Shown in pieces: positions 27,601 to 35,349 of a DNA stretch of 64,000 nt (positions within the stretch are counted from its first letter, which is position 1; each line of letters starts with the position of its first letter). The position numbers and the translations under genes are program-made. The notes beneath the pieces were generated by a model. That model was not told the origin of the DNA, ran no database searches, and saw nothing but the letters and a program-made list of their open reading frames with translations. Source of the DNA: Planctomycetota bacterium (GTDB taxonomy: Bacteria; Planctomycetota; PLA2; JAEUHO01); contig CBDCWP010000042.1 of assembly GCA_965223505.1 (NCBI GenBank), positions 76,520 to 140,519 on the forward strand. Direction: 5' to 3'.

Positions 27601-28044
27601 CAGCAGCGCGATGCTCCGACAGGTCATGAGCCGAATGCCGGCCACCGACGGTGCGGTCAGGTCGACGGAATCCGTGAGCGCCAGCACCTCCGCGGAGGCG
27701 CCTGCGTCCCGGGCCTTCTCGACGGTCTGTAGCAGCTTGCGCTCGGCGCCGTCGTGCGCCGCGCCACGTCGCGCCGCGACGTACCCTTCGAGCTCGTCGG
27801 CGACGGACGTTTCTCGCCCGAAAAGGACCGCCGCGTCGTGCTCCCCGCGGGCACACAGCTCGTCCGCAACGAGCCACGGGTCGGGCACCGCGGCGCTGCC
27901 GAGCGCGCGCAGGGACGCCGTGTCCTTTGCTCGAGTGGCCGCGAGGACGCGGTCTGCCGCCTGCGCCGGGGTTGCGGACGGTTCCTTCGCCCACGCGGAT
28001 GCGCCGGCGAGCACACAGAGGAGCATGACGAGTGCCGAGCGCAT
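24670..28044 (-). CDS. TPR-repeat CHAT (caspase-like) domain protein with a signal peptide
   Basis: MRSALVMLLCVLAGASAWA; many GDRxGxAxxLxNxG TPR repeats; catalytic HLACHG and VVLSACATG; C-terminal HPYYWAAW. Confidence 0.92.
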   Translation of the reverse strand: MRSALVMLLCVLAGASAWAKEPSATPAQAADRVLAATRAKDTASLRALGSAAVPDPWLVADELCARGEHDAAVLFGRETSVADELEGYVAARRGAAHDGAERKLLQTVEKARDAGASAEVLALTDSVDLTAPSVAGIRLMTCRSIALLHANQLAKAEQALEAARDAAERIGWRRETAALLTASSRIKLHRGDVQGAGSALTRVVAIREAIGDPRELIVALVALGNFKSELGAFADAQDAYVRALALAESSGNRHSLGVLYENISLVHYLLGEHARALEMANVSLAIRTELGDGRGVTRMTARIAGIHESTGNYAEALDYAKRALAQQEARGNAADAAITLGQIGSILRFLGEYEAALEHLRRGLQLAQTSGNVAGEATILANIGVVHYRRGDYPKALAHARRALALYSRIDDRRGQAFALGHVGMSHDALGEYPEALRSYERSLELRKATRDRQGMAAVLVNLGNVYAKTGDRVRALALFEQAYALQSEMGDRQGAAVALSNMGNLHHELGDHEEALTFYERARTTREGIGDVAGAATTLGNIAVMYEFLGDTERALTTARRALAMYESIGGRAAIASARGNVGVLRLKSGDAAGIEDLEKAIRDARWLRATPLLVRLLSDVGLHWLEQGEPQRALERAREASRELQDVFSGLEGLGGSLGATARAQHSDVYAVGALAAVQLERTAEALTFIEDGRAGALLEALGGRQSMRWTDLPAELRQLESKAHAEHAAARASYVAALETGNLRATRSAAETLDRTVAVLRTVTERIQREAKREAGVFYPRAAPVEEIQGRLAPGHVLVLYGFCLDEVVAFVLTRDEVRVVSLGAAMPIVELCALARFDDRTEDAAARIAKLAARLVAPLKLDAATQLVLVSPDGPLGYVPFGALFELPVVLTPSGSAYVWQRDVQQPVDATKVLAVGDPDYGSVSDKAREVYARGRRLAPLPATRKEATQIGSVALLGADANEAALRKALAGEGYWRAVHLACHGIVDPERPAISALALSAADGEDGFLTCLEVLRMRIPADLVVLSACATGTGQLVASEGIVGLTRAFMYAGASRVVCSLWDVDDAATQAFMLKFYELWNTGAGVSAAEALRGAQAHVRGQAKWKHPYYWAAWVLWGLP

Positions 28045-28142
28045 GAGCCCGCAGGGTAGCCCGGGCGTCGGTGGCCCGGCAAACGTCCTGCGCGCGGCGC
28101 CGTCGGCCGCCACGTGAGGTGGTCCGACGGCTCGTCATCAAT

Positions 28143-28209
28143 ATCGATATTCTCTATTTGATTTGAACGACGAATCGATGGAGCACTTCGCCACACGTCA
28201 CGTCCAATG
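28143..28209 (+). promoter_or_regulatory. LysR (NhaR-type) operator/promoter upstream of the small ORF-nhaA unit
   Basis: T-N11-A dyad ATCGA-TATTC-TCTAT at 28143-28157, ATCGA at 28174 and CACGTCCAATG at 28199. The same three elements occur at identical spacing at 32890. Confidence 0.7.
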
Positions 28210-28249
28210 ATCGAGCGCCGAGCGAGGCGCTACCTTGGAGGTTGCTCCC

Positions 28250-28615
28250 ATGTCTTTCCCCTCCCTCGCCCTACGCAACACGACCGCGCGCAAGACGGCG
28301 CCGACGTCCGCCCCGGCCGGCCACGCGCCGGCTGGGGTCGGGGCGCGTGCGCGGCCGCCGAGCGACGAACGTTCGAAGCTCGTGACGGTCCCCTATGTCG
28401 CCAAGGTGGTCGATCCCTGGTTCCCCTTCCAGCGCCGCCTGCGCGAAGTGGCCCGCGGTGCGGGCGTGCGCGACCACCGGATCACGAAGGACGAACGGAC
28501 ATTCTTCCGTTCGGGCGACGTGCACTTCGAGCTCGAGGCCGAGCCTGCCGACCAGAAGGTCTTCGATCGCCTGTGGCAGCAAATGCTGGAAGGAGTCTGG
28601 GGCAACGCCATCTAG
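28250..28615 (+). CDS. Small hypothetical protein (121 aa) upstream of nhaA
   Basis: GGAGG SD at 28237-28241, ATG at 28250, stop 21 bp before nhaA. Confidence 0.65.
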   Translation: MSFPSLALRNTTARKTAPTSAPAGHAPAGVGARARPPSDERSKLVTVPYVAKVVDPWFPFQRRLREVARGAGVRDHRITKDERTFFRSGDVHFELEAEPADQKVFDRLWQQMLEGVWGNAI

Positions 28616-28636
28616 GCGGGCCCGGAGAACGACGTC

Positions 28637-30040
28637 ATGCAATCCCTACCCGTCACGCCCGCGCTGCCGCGGACCCCGGCCGCGAAGCTCGGTGGCTTCG
28701 TCCGTCACTTCCTGCATCTGGAGTCCGCCACCGGACTCGTGCTGCTCGGCTGTACCGCCGTCGCCCTCGGGCTCGCGAACTCGCCTTGGGGCGCTTCGGT
28801 CGCTGCGTTCTGGGCGCAGCCGCTCACGATCACGCTCGGTCCGATCGAGCTCACGTATCCGATCTGGTATTGGATCAACGACGGCTTGATGGCCCTGTTC
28901 TTCTTCGTGATCGGCCTGGAGATCAAACGCGAGCTCGTCACCGGCGAGCTGTCGAACCCGCGCTCGGTGATCCTGCCGCTGTGTGCCGCCGTCGGCGGCG
29001 CCGCGGTTCCCGCGCTCGTCTTCTTGGCGGTGAACGGCATGGGCGCCGACGCTCGCGCATGGGCGGTCCCGACGGCGACGGACATCGCGTTCGTCGTGGG
29101 CTGTCTGGCGCTTCTGGGTTCCCGGGTGCCTCCCGGGCTCAAGATCTTCCTGCTCTCCCTCGCCATCTTCGACGACCTGTTCGCCGTCATGGTCATCGCG
29201 GTCTTCTACTCGGGCTCGATCGGGATCGACTGGCTCGTCGCTGCCGTGGCGACATTGGCGCTGGTCGTGGCGTTCCAGCGTCTGGGCGTGCGCTCCGTCG
29301 CCATCTACGCGTTCGCCGGCGTCGCCGCCTGGCTCTTCACGCTCAAGTCCGGCGTTCATCCCACCATCGCAGGCGTCGCGCTCGGTCTGTTGACCCCCGC
29401 GCGTCCGTGGCTCTCGTCCAAGCACCTGCGCGACGCGGCCGTTTCCGTACGCGAACAGATCGATCGCGGGAGCCGCGAGGGCAAGCGCGACGCCCTGCTG
29501 AAGCTGCGGTCCGTCGCGCGCGAGAACATCGCCCCCACCGAGCGGCTGGAGGCGGCAATGCACCCCTGGGTGGCGTTCGGCGTCATGCCGGTCTTCGCGT
29601 TCGCGAACGCCGGCGTCGTCATCGATCCTGCCCTGCTCGGCAGCTCGCTCGCGGTCGCCGTCGCGCTCGGTCTGTTCGCCGGCAAGATCGTCGGCGTGAC
29701 GGCCGGCGCGTGGATCGCCGTTCGCTTGCGCCTCGGCGTGCTGCCGGCGGGTGTGGGTTGGCCGGCGCTTGCCGCCGCCTCGGCGTTGGCCGGCATCGGC
29801 TTCACGATGTCGATGTTCATCGCGTCGCTCGCGCTCAGCGGGCAGGCCCTGAACGCGGTCAAGTCCGGTGTGCTGCTGGGCTCCCTGGTAAGCGGCGTCG
29901 TGGGCCTCGTGGCGCTGCGCCTGCTGCTGCCCGACAGGGACGTCGCGGAGCCCGCTCTGCCGGAATCGCCGTCAAAGACCCGTCGATCACCGACGCCTGC
30001 GCAGCCGACCCGAGCGCGCGAGCCTTCGCTCGTCAGCTAG
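28637..30040 (+). CDS. nhaA: Na+/H+ antiporter NhaA
   Basis: WINDGLMALFFFVIGLEIKRE, PTATDIAF, LAIFDD, KSGVHPTIAGV, LAGIGFTMSMFI. Confidence 0.96.
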   Translation: MQSLPVTPALPRTPAAKLGGFVRHFLHLESATGLVLLGCTAVALGLANSPWGASVAAFWAQPLTITLGPIELTYPIWYWINDGLMALFFFVIGLEIKRELVTGELSNPRSVILPLCAAVGGAAVPALVFLAVNGMGADARAWAVPTATDIAFVVGCLALLGSRVPPGLKIFLLSLAIFDDLFAVMVIAVFYSGSIGIDWLVAAVATLALVVAFQRLGVRSVAIYAFAGVAAWLFTLKSGVHPTIAGVALGLLTPARPWLSSKHLRDAAVSVREQIDRGSREGKRDALLKLRSVARENIAPTERLEAAMHPWVAFGVMPVFAFANAGVVIDPALLGSSLAVAVALGLFAGKIVGVTAGAWIAVRLRLGVLPAGVGWPALAAASALAGIGFTMSMFIASLALSGQALNAVKSGVLLGSLVSGVVGLVALRLLLPDRDVAEPALPESPSKTRRSPTPAQPTRAREPSLVS

Positions 30041-31755
30041 GTAGGCCACTCGCTCGACTCGACGAGTCTGGCTAGGATCGCGCCCGGAAGACGATCGGCC
30101 ATCGAGTCCTCGTCCGAAAGCACGAGGTCCACGCCGGCGTCGAGCAGCGCCTTCTTGGACTGCACGAGCGGCGCTCGCGCGGCGGTCCACACGGCAGGGT
30201 TCATGCGGCGCGCGCTCGACACGCCGACGCGGGCCGCCTGGACGTCCGGCATCGTCACGATGAGGGCGAGCGCCTTCTCGATGCCGGCTGCGCTCAAGAC
30301 CGTCGACGTGCGCACGTCACCGAGCACCGCGAAGCGTCCCTGCGATCGAAGCTCGGTGATGGTGGCGGGATTGAGCTCGATGACCGCCGTCGGCAACCCG
30401 GCCGCCTCCATCGCCTCCACCACCGCGCGCCCGACGGGGCCGTAGCCGGCGACGATCACTCGCGCGGGCACGGCGTCCTCGTCGGTCTGGCCGAAGGGCC
30501 GCGCGAGCCGCGTGCGTCCCGCGAACGGCGCCAGCGGAGCTGCGTGCATGTGCGGCGCGATGCGGCGGGCGAGCGCACCTAGCGCCGGCATGAGCAACAA
30601 GCCGACGACGACGACGACGATCAGGATGCCGTGCATGCGCGCATCCAGCACGCCCTTCACCTGCGCCTGCTCCAGCAGGACCAGACTGAACTCGCCCCCG
30701 TGCGCGAGACACGCACCGACGATCAGCGCGGTGCTCGCGTGCGCGCCGCCGCTCCAACAAGCGATGCCGATCGCGATCAGCTTCACGACGACCAGCGCGG
30801 CGACCGCGACGAGCACCCACGGCCAGACGTCGAGCGCGACCGCTGGATCGACGTTCATGCCCAGCGTCGTGAAGAACACCGCCAGGAACAGATCGCGCAC
30901 CGGAACGACCTTGCCGCTCAGCTCCTGCTGGAACGGCGTGTCCGCGAGGATGAACCCCGCAAGGAACGCTCCGAGCTCCAAGCTGAATCCCAGCCCTTCG
31001 CAAGCGCCCGCCGCGCCGAGCGCGAAGGCCATGCCGGCGAGGAAGAGCGCCTCGGTGCCGCCTACACGCAGCGACTCGCGAAGCAGCTTCGGCAGCAGCA
31101 GTCGTCCGACCAGCACGAGCGCGACGACGCCGCCGAGACGCAGGACGATGTCGCCGACGTCGTCGAACGCCCCCGGCCCGTCTTCGACGGCCTCGACGCC
31201 GGCCCAGCGCCCCAGCATGGGCACCAGCGCCAGCATGCCGATCACGGCGAGGTCCTGGATGACCAGGATCGCGAGCGCGAGCCGGCCTGCGGGGAGCGTG
31301 AGCTCCCGACGGCTGGTGAAGTACTTCAGCACGACGGCGGTCGATGACAGGCAGAACGCCATCGCGATGACGAGCGCCTCGGCGGCAGAGCTCGTGAACT
31401 GCGCGGCCACCGGCCACAGCAGCGCCGTGCACGCGACGCACGCGCCGACACCGGCCAGGATCAACCGCGTCGCGCCGGGCCGCAGCGCGTCGAGATGAAG
31501 CTCGAGCCCCACGCCGAAGAGGAGCACGACGATCGCGAGGTGGGCGATGACGCCCAGGGCATCCGGAGCGGGCACCCATTCGAGCGCGTGCGGCCCGATG
31601 AACGCGCCCGTGAGGATCAGCGCCGCGATCGCCGACACGCCGAGGCGCGCGAGGACGAGCACGGCGAAGGCCGCGGCGCCGAGAACGAGGATGAGGTCGA
31701 GAACGACACCCGTCTCGGTTCCGGCGCCGAGTACGAGGCTCGAGGCGGCGTTCAT
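30037..31755 (-). CDS. CPA2/Kef-type cation:proton antiporter with a C-terminal TrkA_N (RCK) domain
   Basis: LFGVGLE, LSSTAVV, LVIQDL, LGAFLAG, GEFSLV; RCK motif IVAGYGPVG. Confidence 0.9.
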   Translation of the reverse strand: MNAASSLVLGAGTETGVVLDLILVLGAAAFAVLVLARLGVSAIAALILTGAFIGPHALEWVPAPDALGVIAHLAIVVLLFGVGLELHLDALRPGATRLILAGVGACVACTALLWPVAAQFTSSAAEALVIAMAFCLSSTAVVLKYFTSRRELTLPAGRLALAILVIQDLAVIGMLALVPMLGRWAGVEAVEDGPGAFDDVGDIVLRLGGVVALVLVGRLLLPKLLRESLRVGGTEALFLAGMAFALGAAGACEGLGFSLELGAFLAGFILADTPFQQELSGKVVPVRDLFLAVFFTTLGMNVDPAVALDVWPWVLVAVAALVVVKLIAIGIACWSGGAHASTALIVGACLAHGGEFSLVLLEQAQVKGVLDARMHGILIVVVVVGLLLMPALGALARRIAPHMHAAPLAPFAGRTRLARPFGQTDEDAVPARVIVAGYGPVGRAVVEAMEAAGLPTAVIELNPATITELRSQGRFAVLGDVRTSTVLSAAGIEKALALIVTMPDVQAARVGVSSARRMNPAVWTAARAPLVQSKKALLDAGVDLVLSDEDSMADRLPGAILARLVESSEWPT

Positions 31756-31983
31756 GGCAGGGGCGTCCGAGGGGCCTGGCGCCACAGTGTGGCGCATCGA
31801 CCATCCAGGGCCCGTCTGAAAACTCCCCGTTACGCGGCCGGAGCACCGGACACGACACTTGGAAGCTCTACAAGACGATCGCCCGAGGCCGCAGACCCTC
31901 GCATGCCGCGGGCGATGCCAAGCTGTCGAGGAGGCTGGATCGGGGAGCGGGGCCGCTTGCGGTCGCGATGCCCGGACAGGCTC

Positions 31984-32880
31984 CTAGGCGAAGAGCTTCT
32001 CCCGGGCGCCCCGGACGATGGCCGTGAGCGCCGCGTGATGAACCCGGCGCTGGAGGGTGATCACGTAGATACGCTCGCGCGCCTCCTCGATGCGTCCCAC
32101 GACGTGCGCGCCGCACTGCCGTCGCACGTCCGCCTCCACGACGGTCGGCAGCGCGAAGAGCCCGAGCCCGTCCGCGGCGAACGCCTTGAGCAACGCCATG
32201 TCCTCGAACTCGGCGCAGGTGTCCGGATGGATGCCTGCCGCGGCGAACCAGCGGTCGAGCTCTCGTCGCATGGCCGTGTTCGGCGTCGGCAGCAGGAAGG
32301 GCGCGCCGTCCAGGCTCCGCGGAAAACCCCTTCGGTACCGCGGCGCGTCCTTGACGGGTGCGAACACCGTCAGGGCGCTCTCTCCCAGCAGATGGTTGAA
32401 CGCGTTGATCTGCTGCCCATCAACGGGCGTATCGGCCACGACCGCGTCCAGTTCCTGCCGCGCAAGCCGCGCGAGCAGCTCGGGCGGCTTGCCCTCGTAG
32501 CAGGCGACGCGCGGACGCTCTTTCATCTTGAGCGCCGGCTGGATGACGTGGTGCACGACCGACTTCGGGACGACGTCGGCGATGCCGAGCCGGAGCCGCT
32601 GCACCACGGGGATGCGGTCCCCGCGCAGCGACCCCTCGAGCTCCGCGCCGAGGCGGAAGATCTCGTCGGCATAGCGATACACGGCGCGGCCGGTCGAGGT
32701 CAGGGAGATGCCGGACCGGCTGCGGTTCAGCAGGCGCTTGCCGACGACCGTCTCCAGCGTCTTCAGATGGGCGGAAACCGTCGGCTGGGAGACGTGGAGC
32801 GCGCGGCCGGCGGCGGAGACGCTGCCCTCGCGCACGGTGGCCCAGAAGCAGCGCAGGTGCGTGTAGTTGATCCAGCTCAT
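31984..32880 (-). CDS. nhaR: LysR-family transcriptional regulator, NhaR-like
   Basis: MSWINYTHLRCFWATVREGSV...VYRYADEIFRLG, LGIADVVPKS, NHLLGES, FPRSLDGAPFLLP, EFEDMALLKAF; close to nhaA. Confidence 0.88.
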   Translation of the reverse strand: MSWINYTHLRCFWATVREGSVSAAGRALHVSQPTVSAHLKTLETVVGKRLLNRSRSGISLTSTGRAVYRYADEIFRLGAELEGSLRGDRIPVVQRLRLGIADVVPKSVVHHVIQPALKMKERPRVACYEGKPPELLARLARQELDAVVADTPVDGQQINAFNHLLGESALTVFAPVKDAPRYRRGFPRSLDGAPFLLPTPNTAMRRELDRWFAAAGIHPDTCAEFEDMALLKAFAADGLGLFALPTVVEADVRRQCGAHVVGRIEEARERIYVITLQRRVHHAALTAIVRGAREKLFA

Positions 32881-32889
32881 GCGCCAAAT

Positions 32890-32956
32890 ATAGAACATTT
32901 CTATGTATTTCAGAAACAGGATCGAGCGACATCGATCGGCATTCGCACGTCCAATG
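32890..32956 (+). promoter_or_regulatory. LysR (NhaR-type) operator and divergent promoter
   Basis: Perfect dyad ATAGAA-CAT-TTCTAT at 32890-32904, 10 bp from the nhaR start; ATCGA at 32921; CACGTCCAATG at 32946. Confidence 0.75.
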
Positions 32957-32987
32957 TGTGACCGCAACGCACTGAAAGGAGTCCCCG

Positions 32988-33170
32988 ATGGTCTCGATCG
33001 TTTCGTCCGTCGTCGTCCGGCAGATGGCCCGCCGCCGCATCGAGGAGCTCGAGCGCCTGCGTCGCGAAGAGCGCTCCAAGACGAGCGACACGCGCCGGGC
33101 CGGAGGCCGCGTCCGCTCCTCCGCGCGCCACGATCGCGCCCGATCCCGCGGCGGACCGCGCGTCCGCTAG
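32988..33170 (+). CDS. Small basic hypothetical protein (60 aa), divergent from nhaR
   Basis: AAAGGAG SD just upstream of ATG 32988, downstream of the conserved LysR promoter. Stop overlaps the ALDH stop (CTAG). Confidence 0.5.
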   Translation: MVSIVSSVVVRQMARRRIEELERLRREERSKTSDTRRAGGRVRSSARHDRARSRGGPRVR

Positions 33171-34702
33171 CCGCGCTCGCCCGGCTCGCCCGGCTCGCCC
33201 GGGCCAGGCAACGTACGTTTCGTTCGGGCGCGGAAGAAGTCTCGAATCGTCTTGACGCGCCGCCGGATCAACAGCGGGAGCTTCACGACGGCGGACACCG
33301 ACCCCAGCTGCAGCGCGGCGATCCGCTCGCCGACGCGACGCAGGTCGCGGTCCATCGGCATCCAGAACATGTCGGGCTTCGAGGACCCGTCGATCAACGT
33401 CGTACGTGGCCGCAGGAACGTCGCCAACGCGTACTCGCTGTTGCTCACGCCGGTGCCCGTCGCCTTCGTGCCGGCCCACGGCAACGCGACGATCGCGCCC
33501 GTGATCGCGTGGTTGTTCACACAAGCAACACCGCAGTCCAAACGGCTCGCGACGCGGCGTCCCGCCGCGAGGTTTCGTGTCCAAACAGATCCGCCCAGCC
33601 CGTACGCGCTGTCATTCGCCAATCGCAGCGCCTCGTCGACGTCCCGCACGCGCGTGACGCAGACGATCGGCCCGAACGACTCGTCACGCATCGCCGTCAT
33701 CTCGGAGGTGCACGCGTCGATGACCGTGGGTTGATACCCGAGCCCTTCTCCGGTGGGACCGCCGCCCACCACGACACGCGCGCCCCTGGCGCGTGCGTCG
33801 TCGACGTGACGCGTCACGATCGCGAGCTGTTGTTCGTTGGCCAGGGGAGAGACGTCGGCCTCGTCACCGGTCGTCTCGAGCCGCGCCCACGCGTCGCCGA
33901 GTCGCTTCACGAATTCGTCGGCGACGGTGTCTTCGACGTACACCCGCTCGATCGCGCCGCAGTTTTGACCGCCGTTGTGGAGCGCCCAATAGGTGATGCC
34001 TGCGACGGTGCGGTCGAGATCGCAGTCCGCGAGCACGATGGCCGCGTCCTTTCCACCCAGCTCGACCGTACAGGGAATGAGCTTGCGCCCGCACGCGGAC
34101 GCCACTTCGCGCCCGCCCGCCGTCGAGCCGGTGAACGTGACCGCATCCACGTCCGACGCGACCAGCGCCTTGCCTGCCTCATCGCCACCCACGACCAGTC
34201 CCAGCAGACCCTCCGGCAGCTCGTGTCGCAGTCGTTCGACGAACCAGCGGCCTGTGCGCGCTCCGTGCTCCGACGGCTTGAGCACCACGCCGTTCCCTGC
34301 GAGCAGCGCGGGGAACACGTAGCGAAAGAGGATCCCGAGCGGGTAGTTCCATGGGGTGATACACGCCACGACACCGCGCGGAACGAGGTCGATCGAAGCG
34401 CGCTTGCGCGGAAAGGCGAACGGGTTGAGACGGACGCGACGGCGCCGGTGGACGCGCCGGAAGATCGACGCCCACTGGCGAAGCTGATCGAGCGGGCCCG
34501 CTGCCTCCGTCATCAGCGTTTCGGTCGGGAGCTTCCCGATGTCGTCGTGCACGTGGCGAAGCGCGTCTTCGCGCTCGACGAGCATCTGCCTCGCGGCGCG
34601 CTTGAGTCGTCGTGTGCGCTCGCGTAGTGAAATCGCCGCCCATTCGGGCTGTGCCGCGCGCGCCGCCTCGACGACGGAGCGAATTTCATCGGATGTGCTC
34701 AT
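33167..34702 (-). CDS. Aldehyde dehydrogenase family protein
   Basis: ITPWNYP, LKPSE, FTGST, VELGGKD, GQNC (catalytic Cys), ESFGP, YGLGGSVW. Confidence 0.93.
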   Translation of the reverse strand: MSTSDEIRSVVEAARAAQPEWAAISLRERTRRLKRAARQMLVEREDALRHVHDDIGKLPTETLMTEAAGPLDQLRQWASIFRRVHRRRRVRLNPFAFPRKRASIDLVPRGVVACITPWNYPLGILFRYVFPALLAGNGVVLKPSEHGARTGRWFVERLRHELPEGLLGLVVGGDEAGKALVASDVDAVTFTGSTAGGREVASACGRKLIPCTVELGGKDAAIVLADCDLDRTVAGITYWALHNGGQNCGAIERVYVEDTVADEFVKRLGDAWARLETTGDEADVSPLANEQQLAIVTRHVDDARARGARVVVGGGPTGEGLGYQPTVIDACTSEMTAMRDESFGPIVCVTRVRDVDEALRLANDSAYGLGGSVWTRNLAAGRRVASRLDCGVACVNNHAITGAIVALPWAGTKATGTGVSNSEYALATFLRPRTTLIDGSSKPDMFWMPMDRDLRRVGERIAALQLGSVSAVVKLPLLIRRRVKTIRDFFRARTKRTLPGPGEPGEPGERG

Positions 34703-34785
34703 CGGTGCCGTTGATAGTCGGGTCGGCGCGAAGAGGGAAGTCCCGAAACACGTCCTGACGCGGGATTCTCGGTCCGAATCGGGTA

Positions 34786-35349
34786 TTGTCACGCGGGTCG
34801 GGGGGGCCTCGCTTGCTGGAACGTCTACGCGTCTTGTCGGGCTGCCTGTTGGTCGCCGCCCTGGCACCCGTTTGGCTGCTGCTCCTGCCGTTCGGGCTGC
34901 TCTGGCACCGCATCCGCATTCGCATGCGACGTGACGAGGGCTTCGTGTTCGTCACCCCCGGCATCGAGCGGACCCTTCGCGCCTACGCCGAAGCGTGGAT
35001 CTCGACGTCGCCGCCCGCCGGCGGGTGGCGCCGCCTCACCGAGCAGACCGACCGCTTCTTCGCGCTGGCCCACGCGCGCTCCTCCCTCGTTCCCGTCGCG
35101 CTGTTCACGCTGATGGAGTGGGCGCCGGTTCTCACGCTGCGACTGCCGTTCTCGAGACTCTCCCTCCGCGCGCGTCGGGCGGTCATCGACCGCCACTATC
35201 TGCAACGCGGATTGCTCTCGCCGCTCACGTGGACGCGGCAGATCTCCCGCCTCGGATACCACTCGACGCAGGAACAAGCACGGCGCGGCGGGTTCGTTCC
35301 CGTCGCGAATCGATCATCGGGGTCGCTGGCCGGGGGCGTTCGCCGATGA
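34786..35349 (+). CDS. Hypothetical protein, possibly a gluconate-2-dehydrogenase subunit-3-like partner of the GMC enzyme
   Basis: ATGA overlap with the GMC gene; FSRLSLRARRAV...LGYH pattern recalls that small-subunit family. Start uncertain. Confidence 0.5.
   Translation: MSRGSGGPRLLERLRVLSGCLLVAALAPVWLLLLPFGLLWHRIRIRMRRDEGFVFVTPGIERTLRAYAEAWISTSPPAGGWRRLTEQTDRFFALAHARSSLVPVALFTLMEWAPVLTLRLPFSRLSLRARRAVIDRHYLQRGLLSPLTWTRQISRLGYHSTQEQARRGGFVPVANRSSGSLAGGVRR

Noticed and set aside
33171..33205. 9-bp tandem repeat encoding PGEPGEPGE at the ALDH C-terminus
   Set aside because: A short slippage repeat in a terminal tail, with no evidence of function.
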